64,000 nucleotides of DNA, taken from an uncultured Nitrospiraceae bacterium. GTDB lineage: Bacteria; Nitrospirota; Thermodesulfovibrionia; Thermodesulfovibrionales; UBA6898. The stretch is taken from contig CAWEQH010000010.1 in the NCBI GenBank assembly GCA_963811165.1, positions 1-64,000 of the forward strand, read 5' to 3'. The notes under the pieces were generated by a model, which worked only from the letters and a program-made list of their open reading frames with translations, was not told the DNA's origin and ran no database searches. Position 1 is the first letter of the stretch. Each line of letters opens with the position of its first letter. Positions 41,499-51,268 of the stretch are shown here, piece after piece. The translations under genes were made by a program, and so were the position numbers.

Positions 41499-41515
41499 TC
41501 GGCACCGAAATTGCT
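41499..41515 (+). promoter_or_regulatory. sigma54 -24/-12 promoter
   Basis: TCGGCACCGAAATTGCT, near-consensus GGCAC-N5-TTGC. Confidence 0.85.
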
Positions 41516-41566
41516 CCTAATGAAAAAAAAATACAACCGCGAATGTCGTTTACGCGAGAGGAAAGT

Positions 41567-41938
41567 ATGACGGCAAAGAAAAAGGTATTGATGGTAGATG
41601 ACGCGGCAGTGGTCAGGCAGATCGTGACGTTGACGTTGACGAATGCGGGATATGAGGTCATACAGGCGATAGACGGCAACGATGCATTAACGAAGCTGCG
41701 CACTAATAACATTTCAATGGTGATCACCGATCTTAACATGCCCGGGATGGACGGTATCGAATTCATTAGGCAGGTGAGGGGAAAAAGTGAGTTTAGGTTT
41801 ATGCCCGTTGTTATGCTGACAACCCAATCCCAGGCATCCAAAAGAGAGGAGGGAAAAGAGGCGGGCGCCAGCGGCTGGATATGTAAACCCTTCACCTCTG
41901 CACAGTTAATAGGAGTGTTGCAAAAGTTTATTGTATGA
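41567..41938 (+). CDS. cheY: CheY-like response regulator
   Basis: MVDDA, TDLNMPGMDG, MLTT, GASGWICKPF. Confidence 0.88.
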   Translation: MTAKKKVLMVDDAAVVRQIVTLTLTNAGYEVIQAIDGNDALTKLRTNNISMVITDLNMPGMDGIEFIRQVRGKSEFRFMPVVMLTTQSQASKREEGKEAGASGWICKPFTSAQLIGVLQKFIV

Positions 41939-41995
41939 GACGGTACGCTTCATTGGATTGTAAAAAAAGGGCTTTCAGCAAAAAGGAACAATATA

Positions 41996-42388
41996 ATGAA
42001 TGAGAAAAAAATTCTTGTCGTTGATGACGAAAAGACATTCCTGGTGGCGATAGAGAGATTGCTGCGAGGTCCTGAATTTTTCGTTGCTACTGCGGAAAGC
42101 TTTGAAGAAGCAATGACTCTTCTTAACGAGCACGACTTTCATATCGTCATCACGGACATCAGGCTGTCCAATGTGACGAGGAACGAAGGCTTGGAGATTC
42201 TTCAACATGTAAAAGAAGCTAAGCCTGGCACGACGGTCGTAATTCTCACCGGGTATGGAAATCCCAAGATCATGGAAAATGCCTACTCGCTGGGGGCCAA
42301 TCTCTATCTGGAAAAACCCTTCCCTTTCAATATCCTCAGAAGCATAATACAAAATCAGAAGGGCAATGGATGGAGCCGGCCGGAGTGA
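41996..42388 (+). CDS. Single-domain response regulator
   Basis: ILVVDDE, TDIRL, LTGYG, EKP. Confidence 0.88.
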   Translation: MNEKKILVVDDEKTFLVAIERLLRGPEFFVATAESFEEAMTLLNEHDFHIVITDIRLSNVTRNEGLEILQHVKEAKPGTTVVILTGYGNPKIMENAYSLGANLYLEKPFPFNILRSIIQNQKGNGWSRPE

Positions 42389-43122
42389 GGCAGACAGACA
42401 GCAGAATGGCCCCGCTATTGCAGGGGGTATTTACCATGGTATTTCAACCCATAGTTGAGACACAAACCGGAAAGATAATGGGGTTTGAGGCCCTTATGAG
42501 AGGCACTCGACTTTCGCCGACAGAAAGCCCTGAAAGACTTTTCAGCGAGAAGGGCCGGCCGGATGACTTGCTGCAACTGGATATCGGCTGCATAGGGTCT
42601 GCTCTCAGGAGCGGCAGCGCGCTTGCCCCGAACTACCGGATTTTTATCAATGCACATTCAGTAACCCTCAGGGAATTGGCCATGAACTTCGATGCATTTT
42701 TGAAGTTCCTCGAGGGTTTGGGCATAAATCCGGATCGGATCGTATTTGAAATCTCGGAAAAAACGGACTATGCCAGCGCCTCTGCCATCCAGGGATATCT
42801 CGTCGAGTTCATAAAATCCGGGATCAGGATAGCCATTGATGACGTGGGAGCCAGTTTCAAATGGCTTCATCACATGCTGCACACAAAGCCGACCTATCTT
42901 AAGGTGGACAGGTCTTATATCCACGAAATAAATATGTCGACAAGAAAGCAGGCACTTGTCCGGAGTCTTCATCTTATGTGCCGCGAGATGGGGCTCAAAG
43001 TGATCGCAGAGGGGATAGAAAGTCACGAGCAGCTGTGTATGCTGAAGGCAATTGGGGTCCCTTTTGCGCAGGGGTTTTGGTTCGGTCGTCCGGAGGCCGT
43101 TGACGGATGGATTGGGAAATGA
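42370..43122 (+). CDS. Stand-alone EAL domain protein
   Basis: FQPIV, EALMR, FEISE, IDDVG, LKVD, AEGIE, QGF; start uncertain. Confidence 0.9.
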   Translation: MEPAGVRQTDSRMAPLLQGVFTMVFQPIVETQTGKIMGFEALMRGTRLSPTESPERLFSEKGRPDDLLQLDIGCIGSALRSGSALAPNYRIFINAHSVTLRELAMNFDAFLKFLEGLGINPDRIVFEISEKTDYASASAIQGYLVEFIKSGIRIAIDDVGASFKWLHHMLHTKPTYLKVDRSYIHEINMSTRKQALVRSLHLMCREMGLKVIAEGIESHEQLCMLKAIGVPFAQGFWFGRPEAVDGWIGK

Positions 43123-44927
43123 AGGACCATGCTTCTGCGGACCGGTCCCTGAGGGATATACATCCCCGCCGGGACTACAAAAGGGCGGGCATCGGAGGCG
43201 GATTCGTGCACGGAATAACACAGTGCGAGCGTGAGCTTGACATAGTCATAAATCATACCGAGGATGAATTTCTCTCCCTAGGTTCCGTACTGCGCGATTT
43301 TTACGACCGCGCAAGAAAGATCTCTGAGATGTCTTCGGCTGTCACGACACATATGACCGGCAGCGAGATCGTAGGGTCCATGGATGACCTCAACGGGCTG
43401 CTCGAAAGGATGGAGACGTCCCTCCGGAGCTCCGAGTCAGAAACAGAATCGAGCACGGCAAAACTCCGCGAAATCCTGGGCTTGATGGACGGCATTTATG
43501 GACCCCTGGAGGATGTTCTCACGATCACGAAGACCCTGAAGTCTCTCGCTATCACCGCCAGGGTCCAGTATTCCTCGTTAGTGATAAAGAACGTGGAAAT
43601 GAACGTCCTGCTTGATGATATAAAGAAGCTTTCGGAGGTCATGACCGAAAAGTCGAACAATATCCGGCAAGATCTGAAGTCACTGGAGATCCGTATAGAG
43701 CAGACCCTTTCGCGGCTCTCTGTTTTTGAAGGAGAGCAGCAAGGCGGGGCGAGGACGGTTCTTGACCGTGCCATGTCCGTGCTCTGCTCCATCACCGGGC
43801 AATATGGGCTTTCGAGGAAAGCAGCGCAGGACATTGCTGATCGCTCTGGCGCAATATCCCGGAGCACGGGCGAGATCGTCACATCGGTCCAGTTCCACGA
43901 TATTACCCGCCAGCGATTTGAACGCGTAAAAATGACGCTGCATCAACTGCGAGAAAAAAGCCTTTCCATAGCAGACAGGGAGGTCTTTGGCAAAGGGGAT
44001 GGCGGTGGCGCCGACACCCTTGCCGGAGCGGCCGATCTTTGCACATGCGAGGCCATGGAGGTCTCCTCCATACGGGACGAATTTGTGACAGCCGTCGAAG
44101 GCATAATCGATAATCTCAGGAACATCGCCGTCAACGTACTCGCCATCTCCGCTGACACGAAAAAGATTGTTGGACTTGACGGGGCGAACGGAAAAACATT
44201 TCTCACAGAAGCGGAGACCCTGCTTTCTTTGGTGACGGCATCTTTTGCGGCCCTTTCCGAAAACGGCGATGCGAGCAAGGAACTCTCGCAGATCCTGCTT
44301 TCTCTCACGGACGCCACAGCGGAAACGGCGAGATTCATCGGTGGGATAGAGGAGATCGCAGAGGATATAGAACTGATAGCCTTCAATACGGAAATCAAAT
44401 CCTCACAGATCGGGAAGGAAGGGTCATCATTTGAAATTGTGGCGGAATCCATACAGCGGCTTTCCGCTGAAACGTGCACTCGGGCCAAGGAGGTTTCCGG
44501 AACGCTCAAGACAATAACCTCCGCCGCGGACGGACTGTCCGTCGCCACCGGCCGGGATTTCGGCGCTCCCTCGTCCGGCATGGAAGGCATTTCCACAGAT
44601 TTTGAAAGGCTGATCACCACATTTTCCCGGTTGAACGGCAACATTGTCTCCCTCTTTACAGGGATCGAGAGGACAGGACATGTCCTTTCGAGGGACATCG
44701 AAAGAGTTGCGGACAGGATAGATGTCCATGCGGTAGTTGACAGGGTAGCGAAGAAGATTGTTTCTTCATTGAACGATACCGCATTGCATGCAGGGGCATT
44801 GCCTTCGGCGGAACAGGCATCTGCCCCGGGATGGGCAGGGACGGTGGCCATCAGACCTGACCGCGCCGGAGGCAACGGGACGGGAGTTGGAAATGACGGA
44901 ACGCACGACGGCGTGGAATTTTTTTAG
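43119..44927 (+). CDS. Soluble MCP-like chemotaxis protein
   Basis: No TM; VQFHDITRQR, IELIAFNTEI degenerate signalling hairpins, ends VEFF. Confidence 0.75.
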   Translation: MKDHASADRSLRDIHPRRDYKRAGIGGGFVHGITQCERELDIVINHTEDEFLSLGSVLRDFYDRARKISEMSSAVTTHMTGSEIVGSMDDLNGLLERMETSLRSSESETESSTAKLREILGLMDGIYGPLEDVLTITKTLKSLAITARVQYSSLVIKNVEMNVLLDDIKKLSEVMTEKSNNIRQDLKSLEIRIEQTLSRLSVFEGEQQGGARTVLDRAMSVLCSITGQYGLSRKAAQDIADRSGAISRSTGEIVTSVQFHDITRQRFERVKMTLHQLREKSLSIADREVFGKGDGGGADTLAGAADLCTCEAMEVSSIRDEFVTAVEGIIDNLRNIAVNVLAISADTKKIVGLDGANGKTFLTEAETLLSLVTASFAALSENGDASKELSQILLSLTDATAETARFIGGIEEIAEDIELIAFNTEIKSSQIGKEGSSFEIVAESIQRLSAETCTRAKEVSGTLKTITSAADGLSVATGRDFGAPSSGMEGISTDFERLITTFSRLNGNIVSLFTGIERTGHVLSRDIERVADRIDVHAVVDRVAKKIVSSLNDTALHAGALPSAEQASAPGWAGTVAIRPDRAGGNGTGVGNDGTHDGVEFF

Positions 44928-45007
44928 AGGCTGGGTGGTAATGAAGGACGGGGCAAACAAAAGGGATATATCAGACTTTGAAAAACAGATCAGGACAGGG
45001 GGATGAG

Positions 45008-45355
45008 ATGATCCGCGAAAGAATTGAGCATCCAGGTGCAAGGGTGGTTACACTCGGCGGAGACCTTTCGATACTGCGCGCCCGCGAACTTAAGGAGCTG
45101 CTGCAGACCGTATTGAAGGAGGGAGAGCAGGTAGTTCTGGAGTTTGACGGATATGCAGGGGCGGACCTTTCCTTTTTTCAACTCCTCTGCTCTGCCCACC
45201 GGACTGCTGCAAGACTCGGCGTATCACTGAAACTCGGCAGCACCGTGCCGGCAAGATTCCTTGAAACAGCGGATGAAGCTGGTTACCTGCGTGACAAATG
45301 CTGCGCATACAGCAAAGACAAGACCTGTCTGTGGCTGCGGAGTTGTGGTGAATGA
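45008..45355 (+). CDS. STAS domain protein
   Basis: LGGDLSI, DLSFFQLLCSAHRT. Confidence 0.85.
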   Translation: MIRERIEHPGARVVTLGGDLSILRARELKELLQTVLKEGEQVVLEFDGYAGADLSFFQLLCSAHRTAARLGVSLKLGSTVPARFLETADEAGYLRDKCCAYSKDKTCLWLRSCGE

Positions 45356-45463
45356 GGCGCTGATGATCGGCGGCTGTCTGAGCGTGCGTTTGATGGCGGA
45401 CGTTACCCCTGCGGAGGCGCACCGGGGTTTTTTGGACAAGTATTCATGTCAAAGGGGAGAGCG

Positions 45464-45826
45464 ATGAAGACGATTATGACCGTGGACGATTCTGCGAGCG
45501 TGAGGATGATGGTGAACTTCACTCTGAGCGAGCTGGGGTTCGAAATTGTGGAGGCGATAAACGGGAAGGACGCCCTGAGTAAACTCGAGAGAAGGCCGGT
45601 ACATATGCTGATCACTGACGTGAATATGCCGGAGCTCGACGGCATCAGCCTCGTGAGGAAGATCAGGGAAATTCCGTCCTACAGGTTCATTCCGATCATC
45701 GTCCTTACCACGGAATCGCAGGAAGAGAAGAGGAAAGAGGGAAAACATGCAGGGGCGACCGGGTGGATCGTGAAACCCTTCAAGCCCGATCAATTGATTG
45801 AAGTCGTGAGGAAGGTGCTGGCATGA
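45464..45826 (+). CDS. cheY: Chemotaxis response regulator CheY
   Basis: IMTVDDSASVR, TDVNMP, LTTES, GATGWIVKPF. Confidence 0.92.
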   Translation: MKTIMTVDDSASVRMMVNFTLSELGFEIVEAINGKDALSKLERRPVHMLITDVNMPELDGISLVRKIREIPSYRFIPIIVLTTESQEEKRKEGKHAGATGWIVKPFKPDQLIEVVRKVLA

Positions 45827-47976
45827 ATGAACAAGACGTGTTAAAAGAGACATTCAGGCAAGAGGCATCCGAACTTCTTTCGGAACTTGAGACCTCGCTT
45901 CTGGAACTGGAGAGGGCACCCGGCGATCAGGAATCGGTATCCTCCGTTTTCAGGGCGTTTCACACCCTGAAGGGCTCCGGCGCCATGTGCGGCTTCGATG
46001 AGCTATCTCAATTTACCCATCATATCGAGACGGTATATGACCTTGTGCGCAATGGCAAAATGAGCGTGGACAAGACCTTAATAGACCTTACCCTAAAGGC
46101 CTGCGACCTCATTCCCGAAATGTTGAAAGCGCAGCAGCAGGATCGGGGGGGGTGCAGGGAACAGGCGGCCGAGACACTCTCATCCTTCCAAAAATTGATC
46201 CCTGCAACCGTCGGCGCAAAACCACTGGCGGGAAGGTCCGCCGAGGATAGGAAAGCCCTGCTGCCTTCCGGGAAGTCCGGCGGCCAGATCACCTACAGGA
46301 TTCGCTTCCGTCCTTCCCGGGGCATATTTGGCGGCGGGACGAACCCCCTATTGCTCCTGAATGAACTCCGCAGATTGGGGGAATGCAGGTCGATCGCCCA
46401 CAACGATGAGATTCCCTTTCTGGATGAGATGGATCCCGAGGCGTGCTACACATACTGGGATGTAGTACTCACCACGGAAAAGGATATTGATGCGATCAGG
46501 GACATCTTCATCTTTATCGAGGACGAGTGCGAGCTGAAGATTGAGGTGATTGACGACGGGACCATCTCGATGGAAGAGAAGGATTACAGGAGACTTGGGG
46601 AGATACTCGTTGAAAAGAAAGACCTGAGCCGGGAGGATCTGAAGAAGGTACTGAACGAGAGAAAACCCATAGGACAAATGCTCGTGGAGGAAGGGCTGGT
46701 GCCTCCGACAAACGTGCAGGCGGCGCTGGTCGAGCAGGAGCACGTCAGGGAGATCCGCGAGCGCCGACTGAGGGAAGAAGTGATTTCGAACCTCAGGGTC
46801 TCTTCCGAAAAGCTTGATAAACTGGTGAACCTGGCGGGCGAGCTCGTTACGGTCCAGGCCCGTCTCAGTCAGACCGCTTCGGACAGGAATGATCCCGGAC
46901 TGACCTCAATTGCAGAGGAGGTGGAACGTCTGACCGCGGACCTGCGCGACAATATCATGAATATACGCCTGGTGCCCATCGGAACGACCTTCGGCAAATT
47001 CAATCGGCTCGTCCGCGACCTCTCCCTGAAACTCGGTAAGGAAATCGAATTGCTCACCGACGGAGGGGAGACGGAGCTGGACAAGACGGTGATAGAGAAG
47101 CTCAGCGACCCCCTGGTCCATCTCATCAGGAACTGCATAGACCACGGTATCGAACCGCCGGGGATAAGGGAGCGCGCGGGGAAGGCGAGAAAAGGGGCTG
47201 TACATCTTTCCGCGGTGCACTCCGGTGCGTATGTGATGATACAGATAAAAGATGACGGGGCCGGGCTTGACCGGGAAGTCATCCGCCTCAAAGCAATGGA
47301 GAAGGGCCTGATCCCTCCGGATTCGGTTCTTTCGGAAAAGGCCATCTTCTCTTTGATCCTTGCCCCGGGCTTTACCACCGCAGGGAATGTTACCAGCGTG
47401 TCGGGCCGCGGCGTCGGAATGGATGTGGTAAAGAAGGCTGTTGACAGCCTCAGGGGCTCCATAGAGATCGCCAGCCGGAAGGGCGAGGGGACGACGGTAA
47501 CTCTTATTCTGCCGCTGACCCTGGCGATCATCGAAGGCCTTTTGGTAAGGATCTGCGGCGAGTATTTTGTATTGCCCCTTTCCGCAGTGGAAGAGTGCGT
47601 CGAGCTGACCCGCCAGGGCAGGAAAAACTCCCACGGCAGGCAGGTGGCAAATGTCAGGGAACAGATAGTGCCGTATATACGGCTTCGAGACCAGTTTGCA
47701 GTAGATGGGGAACTGCCCGACATAGAGCAGATCGTGATCGTCAGAAGCGGCAGCCAGAGGGTGGGCTTTGTGGTGGACAACGTTATCGGAGAGCACCAGA
47801 CGGTCATAAAGAACCTTGGGAGAGTGTTTAGACATATTGAAGGCATATCAGGTGCAACGATACTGGGTAACGGAACGGTTGCATTAATCATCGATATCCC
47901 GAAATTGGTAAAGATTGCTGAAAAAGAGGAGGTGAGCAGTCTGACAGGGGCTTCATTTTGTCAGAGGATAGGGTAA
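45823..47976 (+). CDS. cheA: Chemotaxis histidine kinase CheA
   Basis: FRAFHTLKG Hpt, DPLVHLIRN, SGRGVGMDVV, C-terminal CheW-like domain. Confidence 0.96.
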   Translation: MNEQDVLKETFRQEASELLSELETSLLELERAPGDQESVSSVFRAFHTLKGSGAMCGFDELSQFTHHIETVYDLVRNGKMSVDKTLIDLTLKACDLIPEMLKAQQQDRGGCREQAAETLSSFQKLIPATVGAKPLAGRSAEDRKALLPSGKSGGQITYRIRFRPSRGIFGGGTNPLLLLNELRRLGECRSIAHNDEIPFLDEMDPEACYTYWDVVLTTEKDIDAIRDIFIFIEDECELKIEVIDDGTISMEEKDYRRLGEILVEKKDLSREDLKKVLNERKPIGQMLVEEGLVPPTNVQAALVEQEHVREIRERRLREEVISNLRVSSEKLDKLVNLAGELVTVQARLSQTASDRNDPGLTSIAEEVERLTADLRDNIMNIRLVPIGTTFGKFNRLVRDLSLKLGKEIELLTDGGETELDKTVIEKLSDPLVHLIRNCIDHGIEPPGIRERAGKARKGAVHLSAVHSGAYVMIQIKDDGAGLDREVIRLKAMEKGLIPPDSVLSEKAIFSLILAPGFTTAGNVTSVSGRGVGMDVVKKAVDSLRGSIEIASRKGEGTTVTLILPLTLAIIEGLLVRICGEYFVLPLSAVEECVELTRQGRKNSHGRQVANVREQIVPYIRLRDQFAVDGELPDIEQIVIVRSGSQRVGFVVDNVIGEHQTVIKNLGRVFRHIEGISGATILGNGTVALIIDIPKLVKIAEKEEVSSLTGASFCQRIG

Positions 47977-48030
47977 CGTGGTTGGCGATTTGCCCTGTGG
48001 TAGGGATATCAAGAAAGGAGAGAATTTATA

Positions 48031-49725
48031 ATGTATGGAAATGTGAGAATCGGTACGAAGATTTATCTGCTCATGGGGCTTGCAGTCCTCTGCTTCGGCA
48101 TGGTCGGGGCGGCCTTTTTCCTTCAGAGCGGAGGGGCCGAAAAGGCGATAGTGACTATGGTCGATACTGACCTTGAGTTGCTGATCAATCTGCAGAGCAT
48201 GTACTCCGAAGGCTTGCAGACCGGTCAGGCGACGCGCAATATCCTGATGAACCCGGACGACGGGAAGGCGAAGGAAAACTATCAGGAGGCCCAAAAGATC
48301 TTTCTTGAGGTGATGGAGAGAACTCGTCACCTCGCCCCGGCACAATTGCAGGACCGTTTAAAAAAGATCGGAGAACTCTGGGGAGAAGACCACGCATTGA
48401 AGACGGAGATCCAAACCCTTGTTCAAGAAGGAAAGAAAGACGAGGCGTTTTCTCTGCTCGTGGACAAGGAGACACCGAAATGGAGGGAAGTGAGAGCCCT
48501 GGTGCTTGACTTGATCAAAGAGCAAAAAGAACACTTTGCAGAAAGCAAGACAAGAGAAATCGGATTGCTGCACAACAGGATGTCGTTCCTCCTCACGACA
48601 CTTATTGCAATCATCCTTGTCTTCATTTCCTTTGCGCTCCTGCTTGCAAGGAGCATCACGCACCCGCTGCGGGAGGTAATCACGTCGATAGACAGACTTT
48701 CCGGCGGCGATCTGACGGTAGACATAGTGGTGAAAAGAAAGGACGAGACAGGACAGCTGCTTCTGGCGATGAAGAATATGGTGGATAAACTGAGAGAGAT
48801 CGTGGCGGACGTAAAGTCCGCGGCGGACAATGTGGCATCAGGAAGTCAGCAGCTGAGTTCCGGTTCCGGAGAGATGTCCCAGGGGGCATCGGAGCAGGCG
48901 AGTTCTGTGGAGGAAGTCTCATCCTCTATGGAGCAGATGGTGTCGAATATACGACAGAACGCGGACAATGCCCAGCAGACCGAGAAGATAGCCCTGAAAT
49001 CGGCAGGGGACGCCAGGGACAGCGGCAGGGCGGTCTCGGAGACAATGACCGCGATGAAAGACATCGCGGGGAAGATCTCAATCATCGAAGAGATCGCACG
49101 CCAGACGAACCTCCTGGCCCTGAACGCCGCCATAGAGGCGGCGCGTGCGGGTGAGCACGGCAAGGGCTTTGCGGTGGTGGCCTCGGAGGTGAGGAAGCTT
49201 GCGGAACGCAGTCAGGCCGCGGCAGCGGAGATTAGTCAACTTTCAGCCTCCAGCGTTCAGGTGGCGGAAAGAGCAGGGGGGATGCTGGCAAAGCTGGTAC
49301 CGGACATCCAGAAGACCGCGGAGCTGGTGCAGGAGATCAACGCGGCGAGCGGGGAGCAGAACAGCGGAGCAGTGCAGATCAACAAGGCCATCCAGCAGTT
49401 CGACCGGGTGGTGCAGCAGAACGCGGGCTCAGCAGAAGAGATGTCTTCCACTGCGGAAGAACTGGCATCTCAGGCAGAGCATCTGCAGAGCACCATTGAA
49501 TTTTTCAAGATGGGCGACAACGGCAGTTCAAGGAGAGTCATCGCAGCCAGAACCACCCCTAAAGCTACGGACAAGACACCGTTTGCGCAACCGGCCCCCG
49601 GAGGGATGAAGCCTCAGAGGGCGATGGCCTCAGGAGCAAAGACTGCGGCAAAGAAGACCGGCGCAGCGCTGGATATGGGCAACGGCGGAAGAGACGGTGA
49701 AGACGAAGAATTCGAGAAATTCTGA
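48031..49725 (+). CDS. Methyl-accepting chemotaxis protein
   Basis: 2 [33 protein letters not shown], ends EFEKF. Confidence 0.95.
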   Translation: MYGNVRIGTKIYLLMGLAVLCFGMVGAAFFLQSGGAEKAIVTMVDTDLELLINLQSMYSEGLQTGQATRNILMNPDDGKAKENYQEAQKIFLEVMERTRHLAPAQLQDRLKKIGELWGEDHALKTEIQTLVQEGKKDEAFSLLVDKETPKWREVRALVLDLIKEQKEHFAESKTREIGLLHNRMSFLLTTLIAIILVFISFALLLARSITHPLREVITSIDRLSGGDLTVDIVVKRKDETGQLLLAMKNMVDKLREIVADVKSAADNVASGSQQLSSGSGEMSQGASEQASSVEEVSSSMEQMVSNIRQNADNAQQTEKIALKSAGDARDSGRAVSETMTAMKDIAGKISIIEEIARQTNLLALNAAIEAARAGEHGKGFAVVASEVRKLAERSQAAAAEISQLSASSVQVAERAGGMLAKLVPDIQKTAELVQEINAASGEQNSGAVQINKAIQQFDRVVQQNAGSAEEMSSTAEELASQAEHLQSTIEFFKMGDNGSSRRVIAARTTPKATDKTPFAQPAPGGMKPQRAMASGAKTAAKKTGAALDMGNGGRDGEDEEFEKF

Positions 49726-49735
49726 GGGGGATGAT

Positions 49736-50224
49736 ATGGCGCTCGCAGAAATAAATGAAACAACGCAGTATCTGACCTTCAAGCTTGAGGGCGAAGTCTT
49801 TGCTCTCGATATCTCGAAAGTCCGGGAGGTTCTGGATTTTACGACGATCACGAAAGTGCCACGTACCCCTGAGTTCATGCGAGGGGTGATCAATCTCAGG
49901 GGCAATGTGGTGCCGGTTGTAGACATGCGGCTGAAGTTCGGCATGACGAAGACGGAAAATACGGTGAACACCTGCATCATCATAGTTGAGACAAGTCTGG
50001 ATGGAGAGATGACGGTGCTCGGGGCCCTTGCGGACGTGGTGCAGGAGGTGATGGAGCTCGGGAGTGGGCAGATAGAGCCTGCTCCGAAGATCGGGGCACG
50101 GCTGAAGACCGACTTCATACAGGGGATGGGGAAGCGGGACGAGGGCTTCATCATCATTCTCGATATCGACAGGGTGTTTTCTGCTGATGAACTGGCCCTT
50201 GTGCAGGCGGCGGGTGAAAGGTGA
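49736..50224 (+). CDS. cheW: CheW
   Basis: QYLTFKL, GVINLRGNVVPVVD. Confidence 0.95.
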   Translation: MALAEINETTQYLTFKLEGEVFALDISKVREVLDFTTITKVPRTPEFMRGVINLRGNVVPVVDMRLKFGMTKTENTVNTCIIIVETSLDGEMTVLGALADVVQEVMELGSGQIEPAPKIGARLKTDFIQGMGKRDEGFIIILDIDRVFSADELALVQAAGER

Positions 50225-50331
50225 TGAAGAACAAGCCTTTCTGGCTGACATAATGCGGCTTAACAGCCGAAGACATAGTACTATTTCGTGATATGAATCA
50301 CGATATTTCATTTATGAAGGAGGTCACTCTT

Positions 50332-51192
50332 ATGAAGTCAAAGGTTAAGAAGTCAGCGGCGGTAATGGTCAGTTTCATCGTATTTACCCTGCTTCAGACA
50401 GGAGCTGCGTGGTCGGAGATCAAGCTCGGTCTGCTTCCGCGTCTGAGCGCTGTGGAACTGACGAAGATGTTCACTCCCCTTGCAGAATACCTGAGCAAGG
50501 AAACAGGGGAGAAAGTGAGCCTTTTCATCCCAAAAGATTTTACTGCCTTCAAGAATGCGGTCAAGAGCGGTCAGGTTGATCTGGGGTTTGCGAATTCATT
50601 GATCTATGTTCAGCTGAAGGCGGCCGTTAATCTGGACCCCCTGGCACTTACCTCTGAGGCGAAGGGAGGGACCAAATTTCGGGGTATTATCATCGCGCGA
50701 AAAGACACCGGAATCCAGAAACTCCAGGACCTGAAGGGGAAAAAACTGATCTTTGTGGAGAAGGATTCAGCAGCAGGCTATATTTTTCAGATGCTCCTGC
50801 TGAGCAATGCGGGATTAGATGTGAAGAAGGATTTCACTACACTGCCTTTTGCCATGAAGCATGACAATGTGACGATGGCGGTATTCAATAAGGCTGCTGA
50901 CGCAGGCGGCATCAGGGAAGACGACTTCGACAAGATGAAGGGCAAGGTGGATATTTCCCAGCTCAGGATTGTGGGATATTCGGAATATTTCCCGAACTGG
51001 CCCTTCTTTGCCGCACCCAAACTGCCAAAAGACAAGGCGGCAAAGATCAAGGCAGCTTTGCTCAAGCTGAAGCCCAATGATCCTCAAACCGCAAAGGTTC
51101 TGGGTCCAGCCATGCTCACGGGGTGCGTTACCGTAACGGACAAGGAGTACGATAACCTCCGGAAGGCAGCAAAGATTGCGGGAGCACTATAA
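50332..51192 (+). CDS. PhnD-like phosphate/phosphonate-family substrate-binding protein
   Basis: Signal peptide, PLAEYLSKETG, DLKGKK..DSAAGY, HDNV..AV; no permease or ATPase adjacent. Confidence 0.85.
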   Translation: MKSKVKKSAAVMVSFIVFTLLQTGAAWSEIKLGLLPRLSAVELTKMFTPLAEYLSKETGEKVSLFIPKDFTAFKNAVKSGQVDLGFANSLIYVQLKAAVNLDPLALTSEAKGGTKFRGIIIARKDTGIQKLQDLKGKKLIFVEKDSAAGYIFQMLLLSNAGLDVKKDFTTLPFAMKHDNVTMAVFNKAADAGGIREDDFDKMKGKVDISQLRIVGYSEYFPNWPFFAAPKLPKDKAAKIKAALLKLKPNDPQTAKVLGPAMLTGCVTVTDKEYDNLRKAAKIAGAL

Positions 51193-51268
51193 GGCCTGAA
51201 AATTAGCGCGGGCTTTGCCGGGCACTTTCCCGGCGAAGCCCGCTGAGAGAAGGGGAGGACCGACTGTT

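Noticed and set aside
43943..47891. Long antisense ORFs (e.g. 43943-44875, 46869-47891; similar ones at 19355, 55462, 59917)
   Set aside because: Shadows of well-supported plus-strand genes with no independent motifs
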